From contig OZ240241.1 of the NCBI GenBank assembly GCA_965198115.1, forward strand, positions 64,001-128,000: a DNA stretch of 64,000 bases, written 5' to 3'. The stretch is from Candidatus Latescibacterota bacterium. GTDB taxonomy: Bacteria; Latescibacterota; UBA2968. The notes under the pieces are model-generated. The model saw nothing but the letters and a program-made list of their open reading frames with translations, made no database searches and was not told the DNA's origin. Made by a program: the position numbers and the translations under genes. This document shows, in pieces, positions 21,670 through 31,919 of this stretch. Each line of letters opens with the position of its first letter. Positions within the stretch are counted from its first letter, which is position 1.

Positions 21670-21910
21670 GAACAAGACTGCCTACCACGAAAAACACGAA
21701 ATAACGAACGGGGAGATTGGGCTACCACGGAGGCTCTATCGGGGGTCAGATCGAGGATGCCCGGAAAACCGAAGCTTGACATCGGCCGGATCAATCCGGC
21801 TATGCAGATATAGCTTGCGGCCCCAGCCCTACGTGAAGGTTGGGCTTGAGTTCGCGCGTGCGATGCCACATCTTGGTGTGTCCTTTCAACGAACAATGAG
21901 GAGACACGAG

Positions 21911-22591
21911 ATGGCAAGGTACACGGCATCCGTCGATAAACGATTCAAGAGTCCGGGCCCTCAGCCGAATGGCATTCAGGCCGCCGAAGACGCGCTCTGG
22001 ATCATCGATCAGGTCAATCTGAAGGTACACAAGGTGGATTGGGACAGCGGTGAGGTCCTGCACGAGTTCGATACGGAAACCGAACACTCGAGTGGCATTA
22101 CGCTCGGCGACGATGCCGTCTGGATTGCCTCGACTTACCAGCTCGAGATTGTCAAGATCGACCCGTCCGACGGAACGACCCTCGAGCGCTACCCGGACCC
22201 AGGGAGAGGGATCACTGCAGGTCGAGAGCTGATCGGCGATACGAAGGAGTCGGGCGCACACGGTCTCGAATTCCGAGACGGGAAAGTTTACGTCGCTTCG
22301 CCCCCCACCCAGGCGGTTCACGTGATGGATGTCAAGACTTGGGAGGAGGTTGCGACGTTTCCTTCAGGTGGCCTGCGGGCTCACGGAATAGGATGGAGTG
22401 ATTGTGGTCGACTGTGGGTGTCGGATACGTCGGCCGGAACAGTGATGCTGATGGATGCCGAGAACGGACGGGTCTACGACGTGTTCCGAGTCAACGAGCC
22501 GGAGGAGGTACACGGAATGACGGTTCGGGACAACGGTGAGATCTGGTATTGCGATGCGGGGCCAGGGGATATCGGGGTGCTCGTTCGGTAG
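21911..22591 (+). CDS. Beta-propeller protein (Vgb/glutaminyl-cyclase-like)
   Basis: GAGGAG RBS; blades PNGI..LWI, SSGITL..VWIAS, AHGLE..VYVAS, AHGIG..LWVSD, VHGMT..IWYCD. Confidence 0.7.
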   Translation: MARYTASVDKRFKSPGPQPNGIQAAEDALWIIDQVNLKVHKVDWDSGEVLHEFDTETEHSSGITLGDDAVWIASTYQLEIVKIDPSDGTTLERYPDPGRGITAGRELIGDTKESGAHGLEFRDGKVYVASPPTQAVHVMDVKTWEEVATFPSGGLRAHGIGWSDCGRLWVSDTSAGTVMLMDAENGRVYDVFRVNEPEEVHGMTVRDNGEIWYCDAGPGDIGVLVR

Positions 22592-22880
22592 GGTGGAGCC
22601 AGGAAGAAGGTCACGGCAGCGTCGGGGTGCGGAGGTTGAGGTAGGGTTGTGACGTGAACCGTTGTCCGTAATCTGTTGGCCGGGAAAACTCCCTCGGAGA
22701 GGTCTGGGAGTAGGACCTAGGACTGACATAGACCGGAATAGCTTGGGAACGAGAACGGCTCGAGTACCTCATGGTACTCAAGCCGTTTTGCATTTTGTCC
22801 ATACGTCGTAGGGACGGTTCGCGAACCGTATTTACCAGCGATTCGTGTTACGTCTTCTTGACCGTGCCGCCACGGACGTC

Positions 22881-23771
22881 CTAGCCGATGCGTTCGCCGG
22901 AGATCCAGGTTTTTACCCCGTTCGAGGCGAGATAGGGGAGCGGCTTGCCGGCGGTGTGGGTGCCTGGACCGTAGAGAACGGCTTGTTGTTCCGGGGTGAG
23001 CTCGTTGACCCAGTCGCCGTGACGTTCTTGAGGCGTGAAATAGCGGCCCACGTCCCTGCAGGCGGCTCTTTCGGTGTACTTGTAGAGGACGGATCGCCGG
23101 TCGTGATCGGCGATCCATTGCCAAGGTGCCGTGTGTGGCGTTCTCGGTAAAGAAGACGACGTCTCCGGCTTTCATTTCGGGCTGAACGACGAGGCCCATG
23201 TCGTCTTCCACCGTGTCGAGTCCGTCGGGTTTGGGTTCGTTGGACTTGTGGCTGCCAGGTACGATGCAGAAGCCGCAGCTCCCGCCGGCGCATCTGTGAA
23301 CTGCCAGGTCACAGTCACTGCGCGGGCGAAAATCTGTCCATTCTGGTGGTGATACCAGTCCCTTGGACTGAAGGGCTCGCCCGCACAGTGCAGCGTGCCC
23401 CCGTCGGTCCCTTTCTGTCCACTGATGAGCCAGGGACCGTGGTCGAGGCGGAAGCCCTTGCCACAGAATGCGGTCAGTCGGGCGACGACGACGGGATGGA
23501 CGAGTAGCTTCCGGAACGGTTTACGATACTCGTCGGGCCACTCGAGGATGCCCCACAGTTCGCTGCGTCCAGCCTTCCCGACGGTCAGCGCTTTCGACCC
23601 CCTGGTCTGGGATCCCTGTGGACGTACGGCGAGTTGGTTCGCGTGGTGGTCAATGGCGTCGTTGCATGCCTTGATTTTCTCGTCGGTCAGGACGTTGTGG
23701 ACGACGAGGTAGCCGCGAAGGTCGAAGTAATAGAGCTCTTCATCGGTGACGACATGTTTTGGCGTTGCCAC
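22881..23771 (-). CDS. PhyH-family Fe/2OG enzyme 6 (indels; HCA motif)
   Basis: YYFDLRGYLVV, FRLDHGP, TLHCAGEP, AGDVVFF..ATHGT; spread over several frames. Confidence 0.8.
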
Positions 23772-23774
23772 GGT

Positions 23775-24635
23775 TCAGTCCTCGATCTTGACGACACCGT
23801 CGTCGTCGATGGTGAGGATGGGAAGCTCGTCGCTGTAATTGGAATACGAACCCCACATGACGGCTTTTTCTTCGGGCGTCATCGTGCCGACGATGTGCTC
23901 ACCCCAGTAGGTTTCGGGCGGCGCAAACTCGAAGGCAGGACCTGTGCGCGATGAGTAGCGTCCGGCGAACTTGAACAGGATCGTGCGGCGGGGGTGGTCG
24001 GCGTGCCAGGGAAGCGTGCCGTGCGTCTGAGCGCCGTCCATGAAGAAGAGGACGTCGCCGGCCTTCATCGGAACCTGGGCGACGGCGCCCACGTGATCTT
24101 CGAGATCACGAACGCCTTGCGGCATGCGAAACTTGGATTTGTGGCTGCCGCGAACACAGCCGAATCCACCTTTGCCGGGATCCGCGTCAGTCAAGTTCCA
24201 GGTGACCGTCACGCCTCCCGTGTGAAAACTTCCGTTCTGGTGCTTGTATCCGACGCCGGGCTTGTGCGGGTCACCCGATCCGTGTTGGGTTCCACCCTGC
24301 GTGCCCTTGACCGCGCCGATGAACTGGGGGCCATGGTCGAGCCGGAACCCCTCCCCGCACATCACGTTGAGACGCGGCACAACCTGGGGGTGAGCCAGCA
24401 TGTTACGGAAGGGATCGCAGTGGGGCTTTTCGAACTGAAGGACGTTGATGCCTCTCAGGCCGAGCCTTCCCGTGCCTATGAGGGCGGGGTTGTTGTGCCG
24501 TCGTTTGCCGGCCACGATGTGGTCTTGGTAACGATCTAGTGCGTCGTTGGCTGCCTTCAGTTCCTTCTTGCTGAGCACATTTCGGACAACGAGAAACCCG
24601 GTCAGGTCCCAATAGTAACGTTCTTTCGCATCCAA
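23775..24635 (-). CDS. PhyH-family Fe/2OG enzyme 5 (HGS motif)
   Basis: RLDHGP, TQHGSGDP, GSHKS, QTHGTLPW, RRTILFKF. Confidence 0.88.
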   Translation of the reverse strand: MDAKERYYWDLTGFLVVRNVLSKKELKAANDALDRYQDHIVAGKRRHNNPALIGTGRLGLRGINVLQFEKPHCDPFRNMLAHPQVVPRLNVMCGEGFRLDHGPQFIGAVKGTQGGTQHGSGDPHKPGVGYKHQNGSFHTGGVTVTWNLTDADPGKGGFGCVRGSHKSKFRMPQGVRDLEDHVGAVAQVPMKAGDVLFFMDGAQTHGTLPWHADHPRRTILFKFAGRYSSRTGPAFEFAPPETYWGEHIVGTMTPEEKAVMWGSYSNYSDELPILTIDDDGVVKIED

Positions 24636-24655
24636 ATCGGTGGCCTCCTACGAAC

Positions 24656-25543
24656 TCAGGCTACACGCCTGTTCTGACGTCCGTCCCCGTTCGTGACTTC
24701 GACGCGACCGTCTTCGGTGACTTCAAGCATAGGGAGCTCGCTTCCAAAGTTGGAATAGGGTCCCCACATGACGGCCTTTTGCTCAGGGGACATGTTGTCG
24801 ACCTCGTCGCCCCAGTATGTGTCTGGTGGAGCGACCTGTCTTGCCGCTCCGGTTCTGGAGGAGCAGCGGCCAGCGAATTTGAAGAGGATCGTGCGTCGAG
24901 GATGGTTGGCGTGCCACGGGAGGGTCCCGTGCGTCTGCGCGCCGTCCATGAAAAAGAGCACGTCACCCGCCTTCATGGGGACCTGTGCAACGGCCCCCAG
25001 GTGATCCTCGAGGTTACGTACGCCGCGTGGCATTCGATACTTGGACTTGTGGCTCCCACGTACGCACCCGAAGCCGCCCTTGCCCGGATCGGCATCCGTC
25101 AGATTCCACGTGACGGTCACGCCACCAACGAATGAAGTCCCGCTTACGTGGTGATACCTTACACCGTCCTTGCTAGGCTCGCCCGATCCGTGTTGGTGGC
25201 CGCCCTGGGTACCCTGGACCGCCCCGATGAACTGTGGACCGTGATCGAGCCGAAACCCACGCCCGCACATCACCTTCAGACGGGACACGATCTGGGGGTG
25301 GGCCAGCATGCTTCGGAAAGGATCGCAGTAGGGTTTTTCGAATTGGAGGACGTTGGTGCCGCGTAGACCGAGTCGGCCGGTTCCCTTGAGGGCGGGATTG
25401 TCGGGTCCGGGTCTGCCGGGTTGGATCTGATCTTCGTAGTGATCGAGGGCGTCGTTGGCCGCCTCGAGCTCATCTTTGGTGAGCACGCTGCGGGCAACGA
25501 GAAATCCCGTCAGGTCCCAGAAGTAACGTTCTGTTTGATCCAT
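24656..25543 (-). CDS. PhyH-family Fe/2OG enzyme 4 (HGS motif)
   Basis: HQHGSGEP, GSHKS, QTHGTLPW, RRTILFKF. Confidence 0.88.
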   Translation of the reverse strand: MDQTERYFWDLTGFLVARSVLTKDELEAANDALDHYEDQIQPGRPGPDNPALKGTGRLGLRGTNVLQFEKPYCDPFRSMLAHPQIVSRLKVMCGRGFRLDHGPQFIGAVQGTQGGHQHGSGEPSKDGVRYHHVSGTSFVGGVTVTWNLTDADPGKGGFGCVRGSHKSKYRMPRGVRNLEDHLGAVAQVPMKAGDVLFFMDGAQTHGTLPWHANHPRRTILFKFAGRCSSRTGAARQVAPPDTYWGDEVDNMSPEQKAVMWGPYSNFGSELPMLEVTEDGRVEVTNGDGRQNRRVA

Positions 25544-26474
25544 CGCGTCGTCTCCTTTGGCAAATCGCTACCTTGCTTCGATGGGGCCGCGACCTGTCCC
25601 TGCGGTTTCTGACGGGAGTTCTTCCTTTCGATCCGGACCTCTCCCTGCTCGGTCACATTCAACAGCGGAAGTTCACCGCCGTGGTTCGAGTAGGGGCCCC
25701 ACATGACGGCTCGTTGTTCCTCCGACATCTCTTCAACGAGGTGCTCATCCCAATACGCCTCGGGGACCGCGGCTGCTCTGCCAACGCTGCGAGCACTCGT
25801 GCGTGACGCGTATTTCAAGAGGATGGAACGACGTCCCGAGTCGAGCTTCCACGGCCACGCGCCGTGGGCTGCGCGCTGTCCATGAAGAAGAGGACGTCAC
25901 CGGCTTCGACTGACGGCTGAACTTGGACGCCCATGTCCGCGTCACCCGTGCGAACACCGTTGGGCGTTCGGTAATTCGACTTATGGCTCGCGGGGACACA
26001 CGCGAAGCCGCCCGTCCCCGGTTTGCAGTCTGTGAGCTGCCAGGCGACGGTAACGCCGCCGACGTAGGGCGACCCGTTTTGATGATTGTATGCGACGTGT
26101 GGACGATGGGGTTCCCCATTCCCGTGGCATTGTGTGGCCGGCCGTGCCCTTGACGCTGACGATGAACATGGGGCCGTGGTCGAGTCGGAATCCCGGACCG
26201 CACATGACACGTAAGCGGGAGACCACGGCGGGGTGGGCGAGGAGTCTGCGGAAGGGATCGGAGTCAGGCTTGGGGAATTCGAGAATCCCGGGGAGTTCGG
26301 GCGCCCGGTGCCCGCAAAGGCTTGCGAGTTGCCGCCCGTATTGCTGCCGACCCGAATCCGGCTACTGTAGCGTTCGACGACGTCGTTCGCCCCGTCGATC
26401 TCTCGCTGGCTGAGAGCACCCTTGACGACGAGGTACCCATTCAGATCCCAGAAATATCGTTCTCGTGCATCCAT
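25510..26474 (-). CDS. PhyH-family Fe/2OG enzyme 3 (indels; HGN motif)
   Basis: MDARERYFWDLNGY; HGNGEPHRPH; ASHKS; pieces in three frames, 3' end uncertain. Confidence 0.78.
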
Positions 26475-26501
26475 CGATGAGGTTTCCTTCGCTTAGGAGG
26501 A

Positions 26502-27401
26502 TCAGGCGACGCGTCTCTTTTCCCGTCTCCCGTTCACGTAGTCCTTGTTTGTGACTTCGACATCGCCATCGTCGGTGACGTCAAGCATGGGGACTTCGCC
26601 CCGGTGATTCGAATAGGGCCCATACATCACGGCAAGCTGCTCTTCGGTCATCTCATCGACGATGTTTTCGTCCCAGTATGTCTGTGGCTGTGCGAGGGCG
26701 TGCGAAGAACGTACGGAAGTACGAGAGGCGTATTTGAAAAGGATGGATCGGCGTCCAGTGTCCAGTTTCCACGGCCATGCGCCGTGTGATTGTGCACTGT
26801 CCATGAAGAAGACGATGTCCCCGGCTTCGACGACGGGCTGGGTGGTGACGTCCATGTCATTGTCGCCGGTTCGGACGCCGTCGGGCATTCGATAGTTCGC
26901 CTTGTGGCTGGCAGAGACACAGGCGAACCCACCCATGTTGGGTTTACAATCGTGTAGCTGCCAGGCCACGGTGACGCCGCCTGTGTAGGTGACCCCGTTC
27001 TGATGGGTGTATGCGACGTGTGGTCTGTGTGGCTCGCCGTTCCCGTGCATGGTGTGCCCGGCCGTTCCTTTAACGCTGACGATAAACATTGGGCCGTGGT
27101 CGAGCCGGAAGCCAGGCCCGCACATGACCCTGAGTCTCGATACAACGGCGGCGTGGGCGAGCATGTTTCGGAAGGGGAGGCAGTCGGGTTGAGGATATTC
27201 CAGGACACCGGGCAGCATGGGACGTCCCGTGCCGGCGAATGTTTTTGAGTCTCTGGCGGTGGAACCGCCAACCCGGATGGTGTGACTGTATTTTTCGACA
27301 ATTTCGTTGGCTTCGGCGATTTCGTCTGCCGACATCACGCCCTTGGCGACGACGTAGCCGTTTAGGTCCCAGAAATAGCGTTCGCGCGCATCCATGGCCA
27401 T
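26502..27401 (-). CDS. PhyH-family Fe/2OG enzyme 2 (HGN motif)
   Basis: TMHGNGEP, ASHKA, QSHGAWPW, RRSILFKY. Confidence 0.88.
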   Translation of the reverse strand: MAMDARERYFWDLNGYVVAKGVMSADEIAEANEIVEKYSHTIRVGGSTARDSKTFAGTGRPMLPGVLEYPQPDCLPFRNMLAHAAVVSRLRVMCGPGFRLDHGPMFIVSVKGTAGHTMHGNGEPHRPHVAYTHQNGVTYTGGVTVAWQLHDCKPNMGGFACVSASHKANYRMPDGVRTGDNDMDVTTQPVVEAGDIVFFMDSAQSHGAWPWKLDTGRRSILFKYASRTSVRSSHALAQPQTYWDENIVDEMTEEQLAVMYGPYSNHRGEVPMLDVTDDGDVEVTNKDYVNGRREKRRVA

Positions 27402-27426
27402 CCTCCGGAAGTGGCGTGCAAAGCAG

Positions 27427-28292
27427 CTATTCGATGCCTACGATGCTGACATTGCCTGACTCGTCCACATCGAGGTAGGGCACTGTGCCCCCTGTGCCCG
27501 CTGTAAGGACCCCACATGACCGCGAGCTGTTCGTCGCTCATGTCGTCGACGGTTTCGGTATCCCAGAAAACATTCGGCGGAGAGACGATATTGCCAGATC
27601 TGACTGACCTTCGGTTGGCGAACTTGTAGAGGATCGAGCGGCGCTCGTGGTCGTTTCGCCACGGGAAGGTACCGTGCGTCTGGGCACCATCCATGAAAAA
27701 TAAAACATCGCCCGGCATGGCAGCGGGCTGGATCACCGTGCCCATGTGATCGTCGCAACTCGTGACCCCGTCGGGCGGATCGAAGTCCGACTTGGCTACC
27801 TGGCACGCACGCGAAACCGCCCTGACCTTCGATCACCTCAGCAAGCTGCCAGGAGACCGTCACGCCTCCAACGTAAGGTTCGCCCTGATGATGGTAACCG
27901 ACGTAGGGCTTGTGAGGTGCGCCAGAGCCGTGCAGCCGATGTCCCGATGTGCCTTTGACGCCGCCGATAAACTGAGGCCCGTGGTCAAGACGGAAACCGG
28001 GTCCACACATCACGCGAAGCCGGTCTACGACAGCGGGGTGAACAAGCATCCTCCTAAAGATGTCGCAGTGCGGCTTATCGAGGTTGAGCAGTTGCGTACC
28101 ACCCATGCTTGGGCGTCCTATGCCTTGCAAACTCTGAGAACCGCGTGAGAGCCGGTTGGGTTCACCGGGGTTGATACGGTCCGAATAGGCATCGATGGCG
28201 GTGTTGGCCGCGTCCAATTCGTCTTTCGTGAGAACGCCTCGCAGGATGAGATGCCCGCTCAGGTCCCAGAAGTAGCGTTCTTTCGATGTCAT
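27427..28292 (-). CDS. PhyH-family Fe/2OG enzyme 1 (indels; HGS motif)
   Basis: MTSKERYFWDLSG; RLHGSGAP; shift at ~27795; QTHGTFPW, RRSILYKF; shift in a G-run at ~27490. Confidence 0.8.
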
Positions 28293-28380
28293 GCCGTCGG
28301 TCCTATCCGGCTTTCGTTCTGTTGGCGTGAGTCGTCTGGTACCAAGCCAAAATGTAGGCCAGATCGGTCCCGTCTGGGTG

Positions 28381-29205
28381 TCAGTTTCCGAGTCCCTCGA
28401 TGATGCCCCTGAGGTAGCCAATGCTTCGAGCCGCGATGGTCTGGGGATCGGGTTTGAAGTCGAATACTTCGACCGACACGTAACCATCGTAATGGCGATC
28501 CTTCAGTGCACGTAGAATCGAGCCGAACTGCAGATCCCCGAAACCGGGTCCCTTCAAGTTGGGGTCGTTGACGTGAACGTGACGCATCGCTTTTCCGGCC
28601 TGGGCAATGACGTCGACGTGGGGTCTGTTCTCTGCTGTCGCGGCCTTGGTGTCGACCATCGTTTGAAAATTCGGATGGCCGACGGCGTCAACGAACTGAA
28701 GGGCCTCGCCGATTGAATTGAGGATGTTGGTCTCTTTCGTGGTCAAGGCTTCAATGCAGTAGGTGACATCATTCCTTTCGAGCTCTCTCGTCACGCCGGA
28801 AAACACGTCGACCGCATGGTTCCAGCAGGATTCTCGATCCCAGCCCTTTTGGATGTTTCGTTGAGCAGGTGACCCGTGGATCATCACTTTTCCGCCGAGG
28901 TCGCCGCAGAAGTTGATCAGGGCTTTGATATAATCTCGCGTTTTCTTTCTAATGGCGTTGTCTGGATGCGTCAGGTAAAGACCCTTGGGGCTCGCGAGCA
29001 GCCAGTGTAGTCCGACGATCTCGACGCCTGCCCTTTCAGCAGCACGCCGGATGTTCCGTCGACGGGTGGCGCTGATTCGGGTCACGCTCTGAGCGAGCGT
29101 GAAAGGGGCGATTTCGACCCCTTCGCAACCGATCTCAGCTGCATAGTTGAAGACTTTTTCGATCCGCCAACCCTCGAAGAATTCGTTACAGACAGCCAGT
29201 TTCAT
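28381..29205 (-). CDS. Sugar phosphate isomerase/epimerase (psicose/tagatose 3-epimerase-like TIM barrel)
   Basis: GVEIAP, IEAL..ETN, HVHVND, GPGFG, VSVEVF. Confidence 0.85.
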   Translation of the reverse strand: MKLAVCNEFFEGWRIEKVFNYAAEIGCEGVEIAPFTLAQSVTRISATRRRNIRRAAERAGVEIVGLHWLLASPKGLYLTHPDNAIRKKTRDYIKALINFCGDLGGKVMIHGSPAQRNIQKGWDRESCWNHAVDVFSGVTRELERNDVTYCIEALTTKETNILNSIGEALQFVDAVGHPNFQTMVDTKAATAENRPHVDVIAQAGKAMRHVHVNDPNLKGPGFGDLQFGSILRALKDRHYDGYVSVEVFDFKPDPQTIAARSIGYLRGIIEGLGN

Positions 29206-29531
29206 CAGAGTGCTTCCTTTCATTGACTCGGGCGTTCTGCCTTGTTCGGGCTCGCCGACCGCATCCTATCCGAGGGTGTTCAGATCTGACTCGCCGGTTT
29301 GGTTACCTCGATCAATACTCTGCCAGAGGGTTGGCCGACGATGAAGGACTTCGTAAGGGTGGGAGTTGGATCTGGGGGGAGCTGATCGTGTTCCCCGAGC
29401 CACACGAGCTCGTGGCTTCGCGCCCTGCGATTTCTAAACCGCTTGACAGCTCAATTTCGATTCGATAAGATAAGTTGCACATTTTGATAGGCTTGGCAAG
29501 TCTTACACGTGGTGCTGAAAGGCTGTAACCC

Positions 29532-30299
29532 ATGGCAGACGAAACACCGACGAGCAGTTCAGACCATATCATCGAGATTCGTGAGGTCTGGAAAACGTAC
29601 CGCATGGGGGATCAGGAGGTCCACGCGCTTCGAGGCGTTACGCTCGATGTGATTCGCGGTGAGTACCTCTCGATTATGGGTCCGTCGGGGAGTGGGAAGA
29701 CCACTCTCTTCAACATGATTGGCGCACTGGACAAGCCGACCAAGGGGCACGTTCTGGTAAACGGCGCAGACATGGGTTCGCTCAGCCAGGAGCAGGTGGC
29801 CTACTTGCGATGTCACAACGTGGGTTACATTTTCCAGTCGTTCAACCTCATCCCGGTCATGACGGCCCTCGAGAACGTGTCCCTCCCGATGGTTTTCTCG
29901 GGAATGGGAAGGAAGGAATACGAGGATAAGGCCGAGTCCAAGCTCGAACTCGTGGGCCTACAAGATCGGCTCAGCCACAAACCGTTCGAACTCTCAGGGG
30001 GTCAGCAACAGCGTGTCGCGATTGCTAGAGCGATGGCCAACGATCCGGGATTGATCCTCGCGGACGAGCCCACCGGTAACCTGGACCTGAAGACCGGTCA
30101 GGATATTATCGAACTGTGTGTTAGGCTTCGTGAAGAATCGGGCGTCACCATCGTGAGCAACACCCACGACCACAAGATGCTGACCGCATCCGATCGAGTG
30201 GTCGACCTGAGAGACGGCCAGGTGGAGAGGATCCGACTTCGCGATGAGATCGAGATCCAAGAAGGGACGATCGAAGGTATCGAGGGCGTGGAAGTGTAG
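29532..30299 (+). CDS. ABC transporter ATP-binding protein (LolD/MacB-like)
   Basis: [28 protein letters not shown]. Confidence 0.92.
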   Translation: MADETPTSSSDHIIEIREVWKTYRMGDQEVHALRGVTLDVIRGEYLSIMGPSGSGKTTLFNMIGALDKPTKGHVLVNGADMGSLSQEQVAYLRCHNVGYIFQSFNLIPVMTALENVSLPMVFSGMGRKEYEDKAESKLELVGLQDRLSHKPFELSGGQQQRVAIARAMANDPGLILADEPTGNLDLKTGQDIIELCVRLREESGVTIVSNTHDHKMLTASDRVVDLRDGQVERIRLRDEIEIQEGTIEGIEGVEV

Positions 30300-30346
30300 G
30301 GCTCGGTTGGCGCGGAGCAGTTGTCCTTCACCGAACTGGGTATAAT

Positions 30347-30377
30347 GAAGGCCGGTCAGTAATCTGACCGGCCTTTC
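30347..30377. terminator. Hairpin between convergent genes
   Basis: AAGGCCGGTCAG-TAAT-CTGACCGGCCTT. Confidence 0.6.
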
Positions 30378-30402
30378 TCGTGTTTGGCAAGGTTCGGAAT
30401 GG

Positions 30403-30588
30403 CTATTTCTGAGGGTGCAGAAGATCGTAATAGCCGTTTTGTTCAAGGCGGTGGATCATGTCTCGTATGATCGACCCATCAACCCTGAAGATCTCCGAGA
30501 TCTGTTCCGGCGTGTTGCCTTGACGCACGAGTTCGATCAAGCGATCCCTGTCGACAACCTTCTCTGGCACTGACATTTCTCTGTCCAT
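30403..30588 (-). CDS. Small HTH-like hypothetical protein
   Basis: LIELVRQGNTPEQISEIFRVDGSIIRDMI. Confidence 0.55.
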   Translation of the reverse strand: MDREMSVPEKVVDRDRLIELVRQGNTPEQISEIFRVDGSIIRDMIHRLEQNGYYDLLHPQK

Positions 30589-30662
30589 CCTGTTCGTTTA
30601 TCATTCGCTGCGAGTCCCAACTCCGCACAAGAAAGCCTCTTGGCGATTCTGCGTCAACCGTA

Positions 30663-30711
30663 CTCAAGCCAAAGGGCCACCGGCAATGCGCCGGTGGCCC
30701 TTTGGCTTGAG
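30663..30711 (-). terminator. 22-bp perfect hairpin downstream of the repeat-protein gene pair
   Basis: CTCAAGCCAAAGGGCCACCGGC-AATGC-GCCGGTGGCCCTTTGGCTTGAG. Confidence 0.6.
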
Positions 30712-30741
30712 GTTTCGCTTTCGGGTTGCCCCTGCGTGCGA

Positions 30742-31849
30742 TCAGTGAGCGGGGGGAGGACCCGGCGGCGTGTTGGTCGAAAGTGCGTGCTGTAGCCTCT
30801 CGATCTCCATTCTCGAATCTTCGATCCCCTTGTCGGCAAGCGCCATAGCATCCATGGTGCCTGGCTCGGGAGCGGGTGCAGCACCAGGGCCGTGTTCGGG
30901 AGCATCGAAGAAATGGAGGACTTCCGCGACCGTGCCGGAATGCTCGGGAGCCGTACCGAGGAAGGCCTTCGTCTGCTCGAGCGTCACGATCGCATTCTCG
31001 TGGGCTCGGATGCCGGCTTCGGCACCCTGTCGCCAGTCACCCGTGCCGAATGCGCCCTCGATTTGCTTCATCATCTCGAGAGTACCGCTGAACGCAGGCT
31101 GAAGCGCTTCGGGGAGTCTGCCGATCATCTCTTCCGCCATTGCCCACCACTCGGGACCCGGGGCGTTATCGGGTCCACCCTCGTGATGACCGGGTTCCCC
31201 ACCCATCATGCCGGGATCGTGCCCCGGAGGTGGCATGTGACCTGGGTCGCCGCCAGGAGGCGGCATATGACCTGGGTCGCCGCCAGGAGGCGGCATGTGT
31301 GCCGGATCGTGGCCGCCCGGAGGTGGCATATGACCTGGGTCGCCACCTGGAGGCGGCATGTGCGCTGGATCGTGGCCGCCTGGCATTTGGCCAGACCTGA
31401 CCATCTCGAGTTCTGCCTTCGCCTCGTCCAGCATCATCTGGCAGAGTCCGATTGGATCCGACGGAGCCGGCATCGGGGCCTCACCAGGCATGGGCTGGTT
31501 GAAGAAGCTCAGAACGCCGTGCACCTTCTGTGCATCGTCGGGCGTAGCCCCGTTGAGGAAAGCGAGGGTCTGTTCAAGCGTTCCAACGATCGACTCGTGC
31601 AGCTGAATGGCCATTGGTTGCATCGATGCGGGATCTGCGCCCGTGCCGTGCGTTTCCCTCAACTGTCGCCAGATAGGTGGGCTGCAAGGCAGCTGGCAAT
31701 GTCTGCGCCTGCTGCACGGCCTCCTCGATCGTCCACGGGGGCATGTGATCCCCCGGTGGCGGGCCCTCGTGATGAGCGGCCTGGCTAACGGCTACCGGCA
31801 GCGCGACCAGGGCCACGAGCAGTAGACCGATAAACGGCGAGCGGTTCAT
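30742..31849 (-). CDS. Exported protein: two copies of an unknown helical domain around His/Met/Pro repeats (1-nt shift ~31660)
   Basis: GGAGGA RBS; signal peptide MNRSPFIGLLLVALVALPVAVSQA; DP[AG]HMPPPG x5. Confidence 0.7.
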
Positions 31850-31919
31850 GGATTGATCTCCTCCGTTTGGAGTTGAGTGATGCCATCCCGGCGGAACATC
31901 ACGACGTGGGGTCGTGATA

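Noticed and set aside
22881-28292. Programmed frameshifting or pseudogenisation in PhyH copies 1, 3 and 6
   Set aside because: Indels fall at non-equivalent sites, some in homopolymers, and I saw no premature stops in the conserved blocks. Sequencing error is more likely, though unproven.
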